From the NCBI GenBank assembly GCA_963664225.1, contig OY760937.1, positions 3,616,001 through 3,680,000 on the forward strand: a stretch of DNA of 64,000 nt. Reading direction: 5' to 3'. Position numbers and translations under genes: made by a program. Position 1 is the stretch's first letter. Each line of letters opens with the position of its first letter. Source of the stretch: Verrucomicrobiia bacterium. Its GTDB lineage: Bacteria; Verrucomicrobiota; Verrucomicrobiia; Limisphaerales; UBA1319. This document shows positions 44,050 to 53,724 of this stretch, piece by piece. The notes beneath the pieces were generated by a model, which did no database searches, was not told the DNA's origin, and saw nothing but the letters and a program-made list of their open reading frames with translations.

Positions 44050-45474
44050 ATGAAAATGCTTAAATCAATCATCGCTCTGGCCGCCCTATTGGGCTGCCTG
44101 ATCATTCCCAGCCTTGCGCGGGCCGAGGAAGCCCATCCCGTGGTAACAGCCCTGGCCTCCACGACGCTGAGCGGGTATGTGGATACAAGCGCCATCTGGA
44201 ATTTTGGACCGGGGATTGGATTATTGCCTGTTACAAATTCAAATCCCACCGGCACATTTCCCGGAATTCCAGATCCGTGGTATTTCACCAATCGGCCCAC
44301 TCATTTCGTATCAATGCTCTCCTTCAGCACGGCCACAAATGCGTACTTTGCGGGAATGGGTGATTTTGTAATTGGATGCGACGGGCTTCAATTCAGCCTC
44401 GATGTTCCCGGCAACATCGTTTCTATTGCCGGAGCTACTTTATCGTCACCTTCCCGCCAGGTAAGCGTTGATCTCGGCCCGGCTCAGTTCTCCCCCATTT
44501 CCACCAATTCCTTCTGGCCGCCTTTCTATTCCGTTGACGGGGTTTGGCACTTCTCCGGCTCGGTTCCGCTTGGCGAAACCTTGCGCAACGCCCTGCAGGA
44601 TGGACAAGGTCAGCTCACCCTATACTTAAGTCGCAATATCTGGGACCAGCAGCAAGAGGTCCTCCGGGGAAACCTCCTGGGTTTATCAGATCCCAATTTA
44701 ACCAACTCCTCCGCCTGTTGGCTGCGCCATCCCCGCTCCATTTCAGCGCGCTATACACTGGCGTCGTCTGAAAGGATTCCGGCGCTTTACGAAGATGACC
44801 TGTTGGACTTGGATCACGACGGTCAACCTGATTACAGCCTCTCTGGTGGTTCGCTCTGCACCGCTTCCATCCCGCCATTCTGCACAACCTTTTTCGACAT
44901 TTCCTGTCTGGTCAGCAACGAACTGCTCTTAAACAACTACTCTTCTGCGATTCTCGAAATGGGCATCGAGATCGGTCCACAACAAACAACCAATGCCACC
45001 TGGGGGTTTTCCAACTCGGCAAACATCACTAGCGTCGGCTTTGGCGCAGGCGAATACTCCTACTGGGCCGGTCCTCTGGGTTTCGCAGGCGAGGGTTACC
45101 TGGGCATACGCATGCCTTTGGCCGACGGCTGGCATTACGGATGGATCCACATCCGCCTCCCTGGTGCGGCCGAAGAGGGTTTTCTGATTATCGAAGACTG
45201 GGCCTTCGAGCCACAGCCCAACACCCCCATCCTCGCGGGTGCCAAACCGTTTACAGTTCCAGAGCAGTTTCTGGGCATCGTGCGCCCGGGCTTTCTGCGC
45301 GTCTTAATCCCCACCGAACCAGGTCGCAGCTACATCGTCCAGCGCAAGCAAGCCCTCGCCGCCCTCGATTGGGAAAACGCCACCTACTTTTTCATCGCCA
45401 CTTCAACCGCCATTCAGATCGATCTGCCGCTGGGCGAGACCACGGGTTTCTACCGCGTTTTGGAAGCGGATTGA
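44050..45474 (+). CDS. Secreted protein with a C-terminal sorting-type domain
   Basis: Signal peptide (ARA-EE); DLDHDGQPD; YLGIR..HYGWIHI..DWAFE..I.AG module; ends GFYRVLEAD. Confidence 0.7.
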   Translation: MKMLKSIIALAALLGCLIIPSLARAEEAHPVVTALASTTLSGYVDTSAIWNFGPGIGLLPVTNSNPTGTFPGIPDPWYFTNRPTHFVSMLSFSTATNAYFAGMGDFVIGCDGLQFSLDVPGNIVSIAGATLSSPSRQVSVDLGPAQFSPISTNSFWPPFYSVDGVWHFSGSVPLGETLRNALQDGQGQLTLYLSRNIWDQQQEVLRGNLLGLSDPNLTNSSACWLRHPRSISARYTLASSERIPALYEDDLLDLDHDGQPDYSLSGGSLCTASIPPFCTTFFDISCLVSNELLLNNYSSAILEMGIEIGPQQTTNATWGFSNSANITSVGFGAGEYSYWAGPLGFAGEGYLGIRMPLADGWHYGWIHIRLPGAAEEGFLIIEDWAFEPQPNTPILAGAKPFTVPEQFLGIVRPGFLRVLIPTEPGRSYIVQRKQALAALDWENATYFFIATSTAIQIDLPLGETTGFYRVLEAD

Positions 45475-45618
45475 TGCGCCACCGGGTTGTGCTGGCAGGC
45501 TGTCGCGAAGGATTATTCTCCGTGCAAGTGGGTGTTGCACCCAGGACCGAACCTGCGTAAAGTGAAGCTCCGTAAACAGTATCACCAACAATTAATTCAA
45601 CCAAAACAGGATACCGCC

Positions 45619-46464
45619 ATGATTTCTTCATTGAATCAGCAAGCTTCCCGCCGCGGATTTCTCAAGACAGCCGCCCTGGGCGCTGCCGCTCTGCAATTCG
45701 GCCTGCCCGCTCTTCTGGCCGCCGACAAGAAAATCCCCATCGGCCTCCAGCTTTACTCTGTGCGAAAGGATTGCGAGAAGGACCTTCCCAAGGTTCTCGA
45801 AACGGTGGCCAAGATCGGCTACAAGGGCGTCGAGTTTGCCGGCTACTACGGACGCAAAGCCACCGAACTGCGCAAGATGCTCGATGATAATGGCCTGGTC
45901 TGCTGCGGCACCCATACGCCGCTGGACACCATCAAGCCCGAGAATCTCGAGGCCACCATCGAGTTCAACAAAACGATCGGCAACAAGAACCTGATTGTTC
46001 CCTACATGGATCCCAAGACCAAGGAAGGCTGGCTCGAGATGGTCGAACTTTTCAACAAGCAGGCCGAGAAAGTCAAACCCGCCGGAATGCGCGTCGGTTA
46101 TCACGCCCATGCCCATGATTTCCAAAAGCTCGACGGCGTTTCCTGCTGGGACATTTTCTTCGGCGGTACTCACGATGACGTCGTCATGCAGTTGGACACG
46201 AGCAACTGCATGGACGGCGGTGCCAACCCCGTGGAAGTCCTCAAGAAATACAACAAACGCGCCGTCACCATTCACATCAAGGAATGGGGTGGCAAGAGCG
46301 ACGCGGTCATTGGCGAGGGCAAGGTCGATTTCCCGGCCGTCTTCGACATCTGCGAGCATAACGGCGTGACCGAATGGTACGTCCTGGAGCACGAGCGTGA
46401 AGAGGATGCCATCGAGAATGTCCGCCGCAGCTTCGAAGCCCTGAAGAAACTGGGCAAAGTTTAA
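45619..46464 (+). CDS. Tat-exported sugar phosphate isomerase/epimerase
   Basis: SRRGFLK twin-arginine signal, GLQLYSVR, QLDT, IHIKE, VLEHE. Confidence 0.9.
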   Translation: MISSLNQQASRRGFLKTAALGAAALQFGLPALLAADKKIPIGLQLYSVRKDCEKDLPKVLETVAKIGYKGVEFAGYYGRKATELRKMLDDNGLVCCGTHTPLDTIKPENLEATIEFNKTIGNKNLIVPYMDPKTKEGWLEMVELFNKQAEKVKPAGMRVGYHAHAHDFQKLDGVSCWDIFFGGTHDDVVMQLDTSNCMDGGANPVEVLKKYNKRAVTIHIKEWGGKSDAVIGEGKVDFPAVFDICEHNGVTEWYVLEHEREEDAIENVRRSFEALKKLGKV

Positions 46465-46494
46465 TCGCGCCAGTTCATTCTGGAAAAAAATATC

Positions 46495-46529
46495 AACCCC
46501 GTCCTGGATCTTCCCAGGCGGGGTTTTCA
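46495..46529 (+). terminator. Intrinsic terminator
   Basis: AACCCCGTCCTGG/CCAGGCGGGGTT stem plus T-tract. Confidence 0.7.
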
Positions 46530-46614
46530 TTGGTCACCGTGAATTTCAGGATTTCGCGAACAGGGAATATCATGTTCGCTTGCGGCCATGCGTCCCTTGT
46601 CCGCCGCACCCGCC

Positions 46615-47130
46615 TCATCGCTTGAATTCCCTGAATCCTAAAGCCAAAAGCTGCTTCCGCGCGGCATCTAGATTCGTTGCGGTAAAAAGCCGATAATATG
46701 GCTCCGACGGTTGTCCAGGTTTGAAGTAGAAGGAATCTGACTCTTTCGTGAAATGTTCAGGAATCTCAGCACGATACCGGCGCTCGCGGTCCAACATGTC
46801 ATGCGTGCTCTGAAACACGCCGCAAAAATGCTTCTCGCTCTCGAACCAATGGCCTTCGCTATCGAGCGCGACGGACTTGGAAACTGGTCCAAGAGTGTGG
46901 CTGTCGCGATACCGGATTGCCATCCACCCGCCGTTCGCTGGGGTGATGAACGCGCCCAGTTTGGTGACAACCTTCTTCAATTCATCTGGCGTCTTCGCGG
47001 CACTGAGCAGGCGAATGGATTCCCGCCTCTGCTGCCCCGGCCAGAGCGAAGGCTCAACGTAGGTCATAAACCCGACAAAACCGACCGCCAGCAGAACGAC
47101 CGTCAAAAATGTGATTTTTAGAATGCGCAT
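46615..47130 (-). CDS. Hypothetical membrane-anchored protein
   Basis: N-terminal hydrophobic helix; co-oriented with upstream genes. Confidence 0.6.
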   Translation of the reverse strand: MRILKITFLTVVLLAVGFVGFMTYVEPSLWPGQQRRESIRLLSAAKTPDELKKVVTKLGAFITPANGGWMAIRYRDSHTLGPVSKSVALDSEGHWFESEKHFCGVFQSTHDMLDRERRYRAEIPEHFTKESDSFYFKPGQPSEPYYRLFTATNLDAARKQLLALGFREFKR

Positions 47131-47158
47131 AATGGTCGCCTGATGCCACACGTTTCGC

Positions 47159-47947
47159 TCAAGTGTCCGTGGGCGTCTCATCCCATCGGTTGCCGGGGGC
47201 GTATCCGCAAAGCCAGTTCAGAGCGAAGTGCCGTTCTACAGTGATGGACGTGACCTCGGACCACTCCTCTTCGCTCAAATCGCGATACGCCTTTCCTTTC
47301 GCCGGGAAATCCTCATCGATGCATTTTGGAATTAGCCCCTCCTGCACCCCGTTGGATGCCGAAATTCGCACCACATCGTCATAGCAGCGCAATCCCGCTG
47401 TCTTCAAATCCTCTTCATCCGGGAATGGTTCTCCACGTTCAATCAATTCACGGGTGCGACTGCGCCAGTGCCAGAACTCCGCCGTTTCGCGCGCGGCATC
47501 GATCTCGGACTCTTCGCGCAATCGGGCGGATCCAATGAAGGCGTTGAGGCCATCGGTTGGAACCTGTTCGAGGAAGTCGAAGCTGACCCGCGCGTCGTAG
47601 GGAGGCAACTGAGGCAGCATCCCAAGCGCCCATGCCAGCATTTGCGCGGCTTCAATCCTCCATGTTGCATTAATGACCTGCTGTTCAGTCATCGTCATGA
47701 TGGTGCATGCGGCGTGCGCTTTTTCGAGGGGTGACAAATGCGGCCAAAGCCCGACATCGCGCAACCCCTGCCAGAATTGCCGGTATTGCGCTTCCGACGA
47801 CCGTTGAAACTTCTCACGCTCCTCCGCGCTCCACTGGCCGGATATTTCCAGCACAGGCGCAATCACGACAGACGCCGCCACATGTCGTAGTATGAGCAAC
47901 CGCCGCGCGGCATCCTCTGATGAGGGTCGTGAATGATTTTTTTCCAT
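47159..47947 (-). CDS. DUF4272-like protein
   Basis: WRIEA...LAWALG, ERHFALNWL, terminal WDETPTDT. Confidence 0.75.
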   Translation of the reverse strand: MEKNHSRPSSEDAARRLLILRHVAASVVIAPVLEISGQWSAEEREKFQRSSEAQYRQFWQGLRDVGLWPHLSPLEKAHAACTIMTMTEQQVINATWRIEAAQMLAWALGMLPQLPPYDARVSFDFLEQVPTDGLNAFIGSARLREESEIDAARETAEFWHWRSRTRELIERGEPFPDEEDLKTAGLRCYDDVVRISASNGVQEGLIPKCIDEDFPAKGKAYRDLSEEEWSEVTSITVERHFALNWLCGYAPGNRWDETPTDT

Positions 47948-47959
47948 AACAGGGGATTC

Positions 47960-50377
47960 TCATTGCACCACGTACGAGGGCGGAAGTTCCGCCGGATCTG
48001 AGCCCCAGGACCGGTTCGGTTCAGCGCCCATTTCCAGTTCCAAAACCCCGCCCGCCACGATCTCCCTGTAATTCAGCCAGGCCCGATTCAGCGGTTTTCC
48101 ATTCAATTTCGCCTGCTGAATATAAATGTTCTTTTCGGAATTGTTATGCGCGATGACGGAGAATGTTTTGCCCGCCGAATATTTCGCATCCAGCCGGAGG
48201 GTCACCTTTTTAAACAGGGGACTGCCGATCACATAAATGCCGTCCACGGGCGATACGGGATGCAGGCCGATCGCGCTGAGAATATACCAGGCGGACATCT
48301 GCCCGACATCCTCGTTCCCGCACAGTCCCTTGATGCCGGGACCGTAGGCGTGGTCCATGATGAAGCGCGACCATTTCTGACTCAGCCACGGTTGGCCCGC
48401 ATACACAAAAAGGTAGGGCACATGGTGAACCGGTTCGTTGGCATGGTTGTAATAGTCGTTCCATTTGAAACTCGTCGGGGTTTTCTCGAAGAATTCCGTC
48501 AGGTGTTTCAGGAAATAATCCCGGCCCATCATCTCGATCATTCCGCGCACATCCTGCGGCACAAACCATCCCTGCTGGTAGGGATCGCTTTCCACGCAAC
48601 CCTGGCCCTGCGTCGTGGCGCCCTGCCATTGGGTCCAGGAACCATCGCTGTTTTTGGCCCGCATGTTTCCCACGGTGGGATCGTAAATATTCCGGTAATT
48701 CAGCGACCGCTTGAAGAGCCTCTGCGCGTCGTTGGTTTGCCCCAGCGCCTGTGCAAAACGACCGGCGCAATAATCGAAATAGGCATTTTCCAGCGTCACA
48801 GAAATACTGCCCGGCACGAAACCCAGCGCTTCGTATTCTTTGCGATTGTTGCGCCCGCTTTTGGTTTCATCCACCGAGCGCAGGCATAGTTGATAGGCCT
48901 TTTGCGCATCGTATCCGCGTATGCCGCTCAGATAGGCCGCCGCAAACACCGACACTGCGGGATCCCCAACCATGCAGCCGGATTCGGCCGCCACAATTTC
49001 CCAGCGGGCCAGATAACCGTTGCCGCTCAATTCCGCCTGTTGCATCAGCGAATTGACCGTGTCATTGACGACATCGGGCCGGATGATGGACAGCAGTGGA
49101 TACTGGCTGCGGAAAACATCCCAGCCGCTAAAGATCGTGCGATAGGTAAATCCGCTCGTTTTATGCACCTTGTGATCGGCGCCCGTATAGTCACCATCGA
49201 CATCCGAGAAGGCCCGGGGATCGATCATCGAATGATACAGCGCGGTGGCAAATGCTTCCCGCTGCGCGTCCGTTTCGCCTTCGATCGCCACATTGGCCAG
49301 TGCCGTATTCCACGATGCGAGCGCGCTCTTGTGAACCGCCTCGAAGTTCCAGCCGCTGATATCGTGCTTCAAATTGGCCCGTGCTCCTTCGACGCTGGCA
49401 AACGAAATGCCGCATTTGAGCAAAACCTGTTCGCCTTCTTTGGTTGCGAACTCGGTGAAAAACCCAAGGTGATCGCCTTCCATTTCCCGGCAGTTCTCCA
49501 GGACCTTGGCCGCCGCCACCACTTTCCGATAACGCGGGCTTTCGATATCCTCGCGCTTCCGTTTCCAGTCCGCCGGAATGTCCGCCGACCAGACGCCAAA
49601 TTTTGTCAGCGGCTTGCTGAACCGGGCGGAAAAATAGACCGTGTAGTCCGCCTTGCCATCGCCGTTGCCCCAGCCGCCCCCCGCCGGTGGGCACTTCATC
49701 CAACCTTCAATCGTGTCCGCACCCACCACTTTTACATACTGCCGGATGGAGGTTCCGCCCACACGATGCGCCAGATCGATCTGGATGCGCGATTGTTCGG
49801 ATTGTGGATACGTGAATCGGAGCATGCCCGCACGCGGCGCGGCCGCCATCTCCGCGCGAATCTTATAGTCGTCCAGTGTGACCGCATAATATCCCGCCCT
49901 GGCCACCTCGGTCCCGTGATTAAACCGTGATCGGAAGCCATCTTCAGCTCCCTTGTCACCGCGTTCCGTCTTGAGCTTGCCCGTGGTGGGCATGACCTGG
50001 AAATTTCCGAAATCCCCATACCAACCCACGCCGCTCATGTGGGTGAAACTGAACCCTTCAATGGATTTGTGTTCCCACGAATACCCCGGCCCGTTGTCGC
50101 CGCCGGTGATCGTATCCGGACTCAGTTGAACCAGGCCAAAAGGCGTGGCCGCCCCGGGAAACGTCTTTCCCTCCCCATACTCCGTGCTCGTGCTGGCGCC
50201 AATCATCGGGTTGATGCTGTCCGCAAGAGTCCGCGCGGCGTGTCCCGGGGAAGCCAATCCCAGCAGGGCAACAGAGGCCATCAGATACGAATTCAGAATG
50301 GCCCGGCGGACGGTCCCGGTGGAACCGTCCCGCCGGTTCTTCAAGGCCGAAGTGACAACCTTATTCATGGCGCGCAT
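47960..50377 (-). CDS. GH92 alpha-mannosidase (start uncertain)
   Basis: TFPGAATPFGLVQLSPDT, FTHMSGVG, WDVFRS, NEPVHH, GNEDVGQMSAWY. Confidence 0.92.
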   Translation of the reverse strand: MRAMNKVVTSALKNRRDGSTGTVRRAILNSYLMASVALLGLASPGHAARTLADSINPMIGASTSTEYGEGKTFPGAATPFGLVQLSPDTITGGDNGPGYSWEHKSIEGFSFTHMSGVGWYGDFGNFQVMPTTGKLKTERGDKGAEDGFRSRFNHGTEVARAGYYAVTLDDYKIRAEMAAAPRAGMLRFTYPQSEQSRIQIDLAHRVGGTSIRQYVKVVGADTIEGWMKCPPAGGGWGNGDGKADYTVYFSARFSKPLTKFGVWSADIPADWKRKREDIESPRYRKVVAAAKVLENCREMEGDHLGFFTEFATKEGEQVLLKCGISFASVEGARANLKHDISGWNFEAVHKSALASWNTALANVAIEGETDAQREAFATALYHSMIDPRAFSDVDGDYTGADHKVHKTSGFTYRTIFSGWDVFRSQYPLLSIIRPDVVNDTVNSLMQQAELSGNGYLARWEIVAAESGCMVGDPAVSVFAAAYLSGIRGYDAQKAYQLCLRSVDETKSGRNNRKEYEALGFVPGSISVTLENAYFDYCAGRFAQALGQTNDAQRLFKRSLNYRNIYDPTVGNMRAKNSDGSWTQWQGATTQGQGCVESDPYQQGWFVPQDVRGMIEMMGRDYFLKHLTEFFEKTPTSFKWNDYYNHANEPVHHVPYLFVYAGQPWLSQKWSRFIMDHAYGPGIKGLCGNEDVGQMSAWYILSAIGLHPVSPVDGIYVIGSPLFKKVTLRLDAKYSAGKTFSVIAHNNSEKNIYIQQAKLNGKPLNRAWLNYREIVAGGVLELEMGAEPNRSWGSDPAELPPSYVVQ

Positions 50378-50407
50378 AACGGATGATTTGCAATTATGAA
50401 CAGTGGA

Positions 50408-52780
50408 TTACTTTTTCAGCTCGGCGTTCAGACGGAGGGTTTCTCCGGCTTTAAGTGTCAAGGCTGCCGTCTTCTCTCCATAACGCGCCTTGAAGGCTCC
50501 GCCGGTCACGCTATGAATTTCCGCCGTTTGAAGTTTCCCATCCTTCCACTGGAGATTGACTTCCAGGCCGCCACGGGCCCGCAAGCCCTTCACACTGCCC
50601 GTGGGCCACGCCGCAGGCAGGGCGGGCAGAAGTTCGATCAGGTCGTTCTGGCTTTGCAGCAGCATTTCGGCAATGCCGGCCGTGCCACCGAAATTGCCGT
50701 CGATCTGGAAGGGCGGATGCGCGTCGAACATGTCGGGATAGGTGCGCTCCGGACTGAGCAGATATTGGAGAATGCTGTAGGCGTGATTCCCATCATGCAG
50801 TCTGGCCCAGAGGGCAAACCGCCAGGCCGTGGCCCAGCCCGTGGCCTTGTCGCCGCGCAGTTCCAGGGATTTTTTCACCGCCGCCGCAAGCTCGGGCGTC
50901 GTGCGCAAATCGATTTGCCCGCTGGGATACAAACCGTAAAGGTGCGAAACATGACGGTGATGACTGTCCGTTCCCGGCTTGTCATCCCAATCCTTCAACC
51001 ATTCCTGAAGCTGACCCTCCCACCCGATCTGCATGGGAGCCAGTTTCTCGCGCGTGGCGGAAACCTTGTCGCGAAACTCCTTGTCCACGCCCAGTGTTTC
51101 CGAGGCTTTGATGCAATTGGCAAACAGATCGCGCAGGATCTGCAGGTCCATCGTCGGACCGGCGCAAACGCTGGTTTTGCCTTCAGGATGGCCGTTTTCC
51201 GGTGAAACGGATGGGCTGGTCACGAGCCAGTGGTGGGTCGGTTCTTCAACCAGTGTGTCGAGGAAAAACTCCGCGGCGCCCTTCATGGCGGGATAAATCC
51301 GCTTCAAATATTCCGTATCGCCAGTGAACAGGTAGTGATCCCAGAGGTTCTGGCAAAGCCACGCGCCCCCGGTGGGCCAGATGCCGGAGAACGGCCCATC
51401 GATCGGAGCCGAAGCCCGCCACAAATCCGTGTTGTGATGAACCACCCAACCGCGCGCGTTATACATTTCCCTGGCCGTGCGGGCGCCCGTCTGCGTCAAA
51501 TCCAGCACCATGGCCGTCAGCGGCTCGATGCATTCGCCCATGTTGGCCGTGTCCACCGGCCAGTAATTCATTTCGGTATTGATGTTGATCGTGTATTTGC
51601 TGCCCCACGGTGGATTCATCGAATCATTCCAAATGCCCTGCAAATTCGCCGGCTGGCTGCCGGGACGCGACGAGCAAATGAGCAGATAACGGCCAAACTG
51701 GAAATACAGCGCGGCCAGTTGCGGATCGCCGCCCTCGGCGAAATGCGCAATGCGCTCATTGGTCGGCAGCTTCATCGCATCGGTTTCACCCAGATTCAAC
51801 GTGACACGGCGAAAGAGCCGTTGATGTTCCTTGGTGTGCGCCGCGAGCAGGGCCTTGAACGGTTTCTTCAGTGCGGCCGCAATCTGTTTCTTTGTAATCG
51901 CCTCGGGATCGGCGCTGGTGTCTTGAAAGCTCTTGTAGCTCGTGGCCGCGGCAACAAACAACGTCGCGGAATTGGCCCCGCTGACGCTGAGTGTGTTATT
52001 GGTTCCCGCCACGATTTTTCCTCCCTGCGCCAGAATATGAACGCGGGACTGGAACTTCAGCGCGCCCTTGATGCCTCCAGCCGATCCATTGACGCCGCTC
52101 ATGACCAATTCATTGGATTCGGCGGAAACCGTCGCCTTCTGCGGCGTCTTCATGCTGGCGACAAAGGAAATCTGGCCGGGCTTGTTTGCCGTAAGCCGCA
52201 CCACAATCACCTGGTCCACTGGGCTGGAAAACACTTCGCGCAAATACTCCACGCCGCCCGCGGAATAACTCACCTGGCTCACAGCGGTGTCGAGATTCAA
52301 GTCGCGGTAATAATTTTCAGGGGATTGTGCTCCTGGAAATTCGAGGAACAAATTACCCACCGTCTGATAGGGCATCTGACCGATCGGTTTGGCCATCATA
52401 TTCCGGCCAATCAATTTGTCGGCGTCATCGTACTTTCCATCGAAAATCAACTTCCGGATTTCCGGCAACGCGGCCAGCGTATTGGTGTTGTTGGGATTAT
52501 AGGGACCGCCCGCCCAAAGCGTGTCCTCATTGAGCTGGAGTTGCTCGCGTTCCACCCCGCCAAAAACCATCGCGCCGAGCCGGCCATTGCCCAGTGGCAA
52601 CGCCTCCGTCCAAACCTTGGCCGGCTGGCGATACCACAGGCTCAGCGGCGTGCGCTGCTTGGCAAGCTCCCTTTTGGCGGGGGTTGATGAACTGGGATCG
52701 GAACTGCCCTGTGCAGCATATGCGCCGTTGACCAACAGCGTGAATCCGAAAACCAAAATCGCGACTTTACAGTATTTCAT
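50408..52780 (-). CDS. GH95 alpha-L-fucosidase-like glycosidase
   Basis: EALPLGNGRLGAM, FGRYLLI, NINTEMNYW, SPEN, HRHVSHL, FQIDGNFG. Confidence 0.93.
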   Translation of the reverse strand: MKYCKVAILVFGFTLLVNGAYAAQGSSDPSSSTPAKRELAKQRTPLSLWYRQPAKVWTEALPLGNGRLGAMVFGGVEREQLQLNEDTLWAGGPYNPNNTNTLAALPEIRKLIFDGKYDDADKLIGRNMMAKPIGQMPYQTVGNLFLEFPGAQSPENYYRDLNLDTAVSQVSYSAGGVEYLREVFSSPVDQVIVVRLTANKPGQISFVASMKTPQKATVSAESNELVMSGVNGSAGGIKGALKFQSRVHILAQGGKIVAGTNNTLSVSGANSATLFVAAATSYKSFQDTSADPEAITKKQIAAALKKPFKALLAAHTKEHQRLFRRVTLNLGETDAMKLPTNERIAHFAEGGDPQLAALYFQFGRYLLICSSRPGSQPANLQGIWNDSMNPPWGSKYTININTEMNYWPVDTANMGECIEPLTAMVLDLTQTGARTAREMYNARGWVVHHNTDLWRASAPIDGPFSGIWPTGGAWLCQNLWDHYLFTGDTEYLKRIYPAMKGAAEFFLDTLVEEPTHHWLVTSPSVSPENGHPEGKTSVCAGPTMDLQILRDLFANCIKASETLGVDKEFRDKVSATREKLAPMQIGWEGQLQEWLKDWDDKPGTDSHHRHVSHLYGLYPSGQIDLRTTPELAAAVKKSLELRGDKATGWATAWRFALWARLHDGNHAYSILQYLLSPERTYPDMFDAHPPFQIDGNFGGTAGIAEMLLQSQNDLIELLPALPAAWPTGSVKGLRARGGLEVNLQWKDGKLQTAEIHSVTGGAFKARYGEKTAALTLKAGETLRLNAELKK

Positions 52781-53070
52781 AATTTTTTTGTAAACGATCC
52801 GGCGGCGTGCATATAACAAGTAATCTGGCCACCTCCAGAATCACAGCTCTTTTTTCGGGGATGCCGCTCCGGGGGTGCATGGCAAAATTCTTCAGCATGC
52901 CGAAAAAGGCTTTATAACGACATGGAAGTGCGTCCGATGCTTTGTCCTTGTAGTCCGGGTGCCCCCACCCGGCGTCCGGAGAACAGCCCCTCAACCGAAT
53001 AATCCAATCGCGCGATTCGTCACTCCCGCCCTGCGAGGCACGAGCGGGGAGGGAGTTGGAGGGAGGGGAT

Positions 53071-53253
53071 TCATTTTGGCTTTGAAAACACGTCTTTGTT
53101 CCAGAAGAATTTTCTCTCACTCCCGCGCTCCGGGGTGGGGGATCTGGCCAACGCCCTTGGGGAGGTCCGAAGATTTTCTCGAATCCGCTTGCCCCTGATT
53201 TTTAGTCTGCCATAGTCTTCACCGTTGTTGACGAACCCAAACAGGTTCGGCAT
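53071..53253 (-). pseudogene. Possible integrase N-terminal remnant
   Basis: PNLFGFVNNGEDYGRLKIRGKRIRENLRT resembles, from recall, integrase arm-binding N-termini; truncated near REP-like repeats. Confidence 0.35.
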
Positions 53254-53273
53254 CTTTTCTCGTTGTGGACATT

Positions 53274-53358
53274 GCCCGCGTGGCGGAATTGGCAGACGCG
53301 CTAGATTCAGGTTCTAGTGTTTAACGACGTACAGGTTCAAATCCTGTCGCGGGCACCA
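53274..53358 (+). tRNA. tRNA-Leu (CAG)
   Basis: GCCCGCG/CGCGGGC acceptor stem, CTAGA-TTCAGGT-TCTAG anticodon arm, long variable arm, GTTCAAATC, encoded CCA. Confidence 0.96.
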
Positions 53359-53459
53359 TCACTTTCCCCCTTTAAAATCAGGGTTTTCAAGCGTAAACAT
53401 CCCCTCCAAAAAGGGCTCGCAGTACACCTACAGTACAATGTTTATTAGGGCTGCGCATT

Positions 53460-53582
53460 ATGGAACCGTCTAATCCACATAAAAAGGTTCTGGTAGAACT
53501 CTATGGCCATGAATGGCCGGTTTATCCCCTAAAATGCCGCAATTCAACGGTTTATCGCGTCTTCCACCGTGTCGATGGGTAG
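53460..53582 (+). pseudogene. Possible truncated integrase N-terminus downstream of the tRNA
   Basis: MEPSNPHKKVLVELYGHEWPVYPLKCRNSTVYRVFHRVDG*, preceded by CAGTACA-CCTA-CAGTACA (53420-53437). Confidence 0.35.
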
Positions 53583-53601
53583 CACCGGATTTCCATCTCA
53601 T

Positions 53602-53706
53602 TATCCCGAAGGGATTAAATCATTCAGCCCCGGGTCGCGAGGCACGAGCCACCCGGGGTCCCCGTCCCCCAGGAAATCCCAACGCTGTAGGCGTTGAATC
53701 AAATCC
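53602..53706 (+). repeat. ~105-bp REPIN-like element, copy 2
   Basis: Homologous to 41263-41366. Confidence 0.7.
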
Positions 53707-53724
53707 CATCCTCCAATCCCGTCC

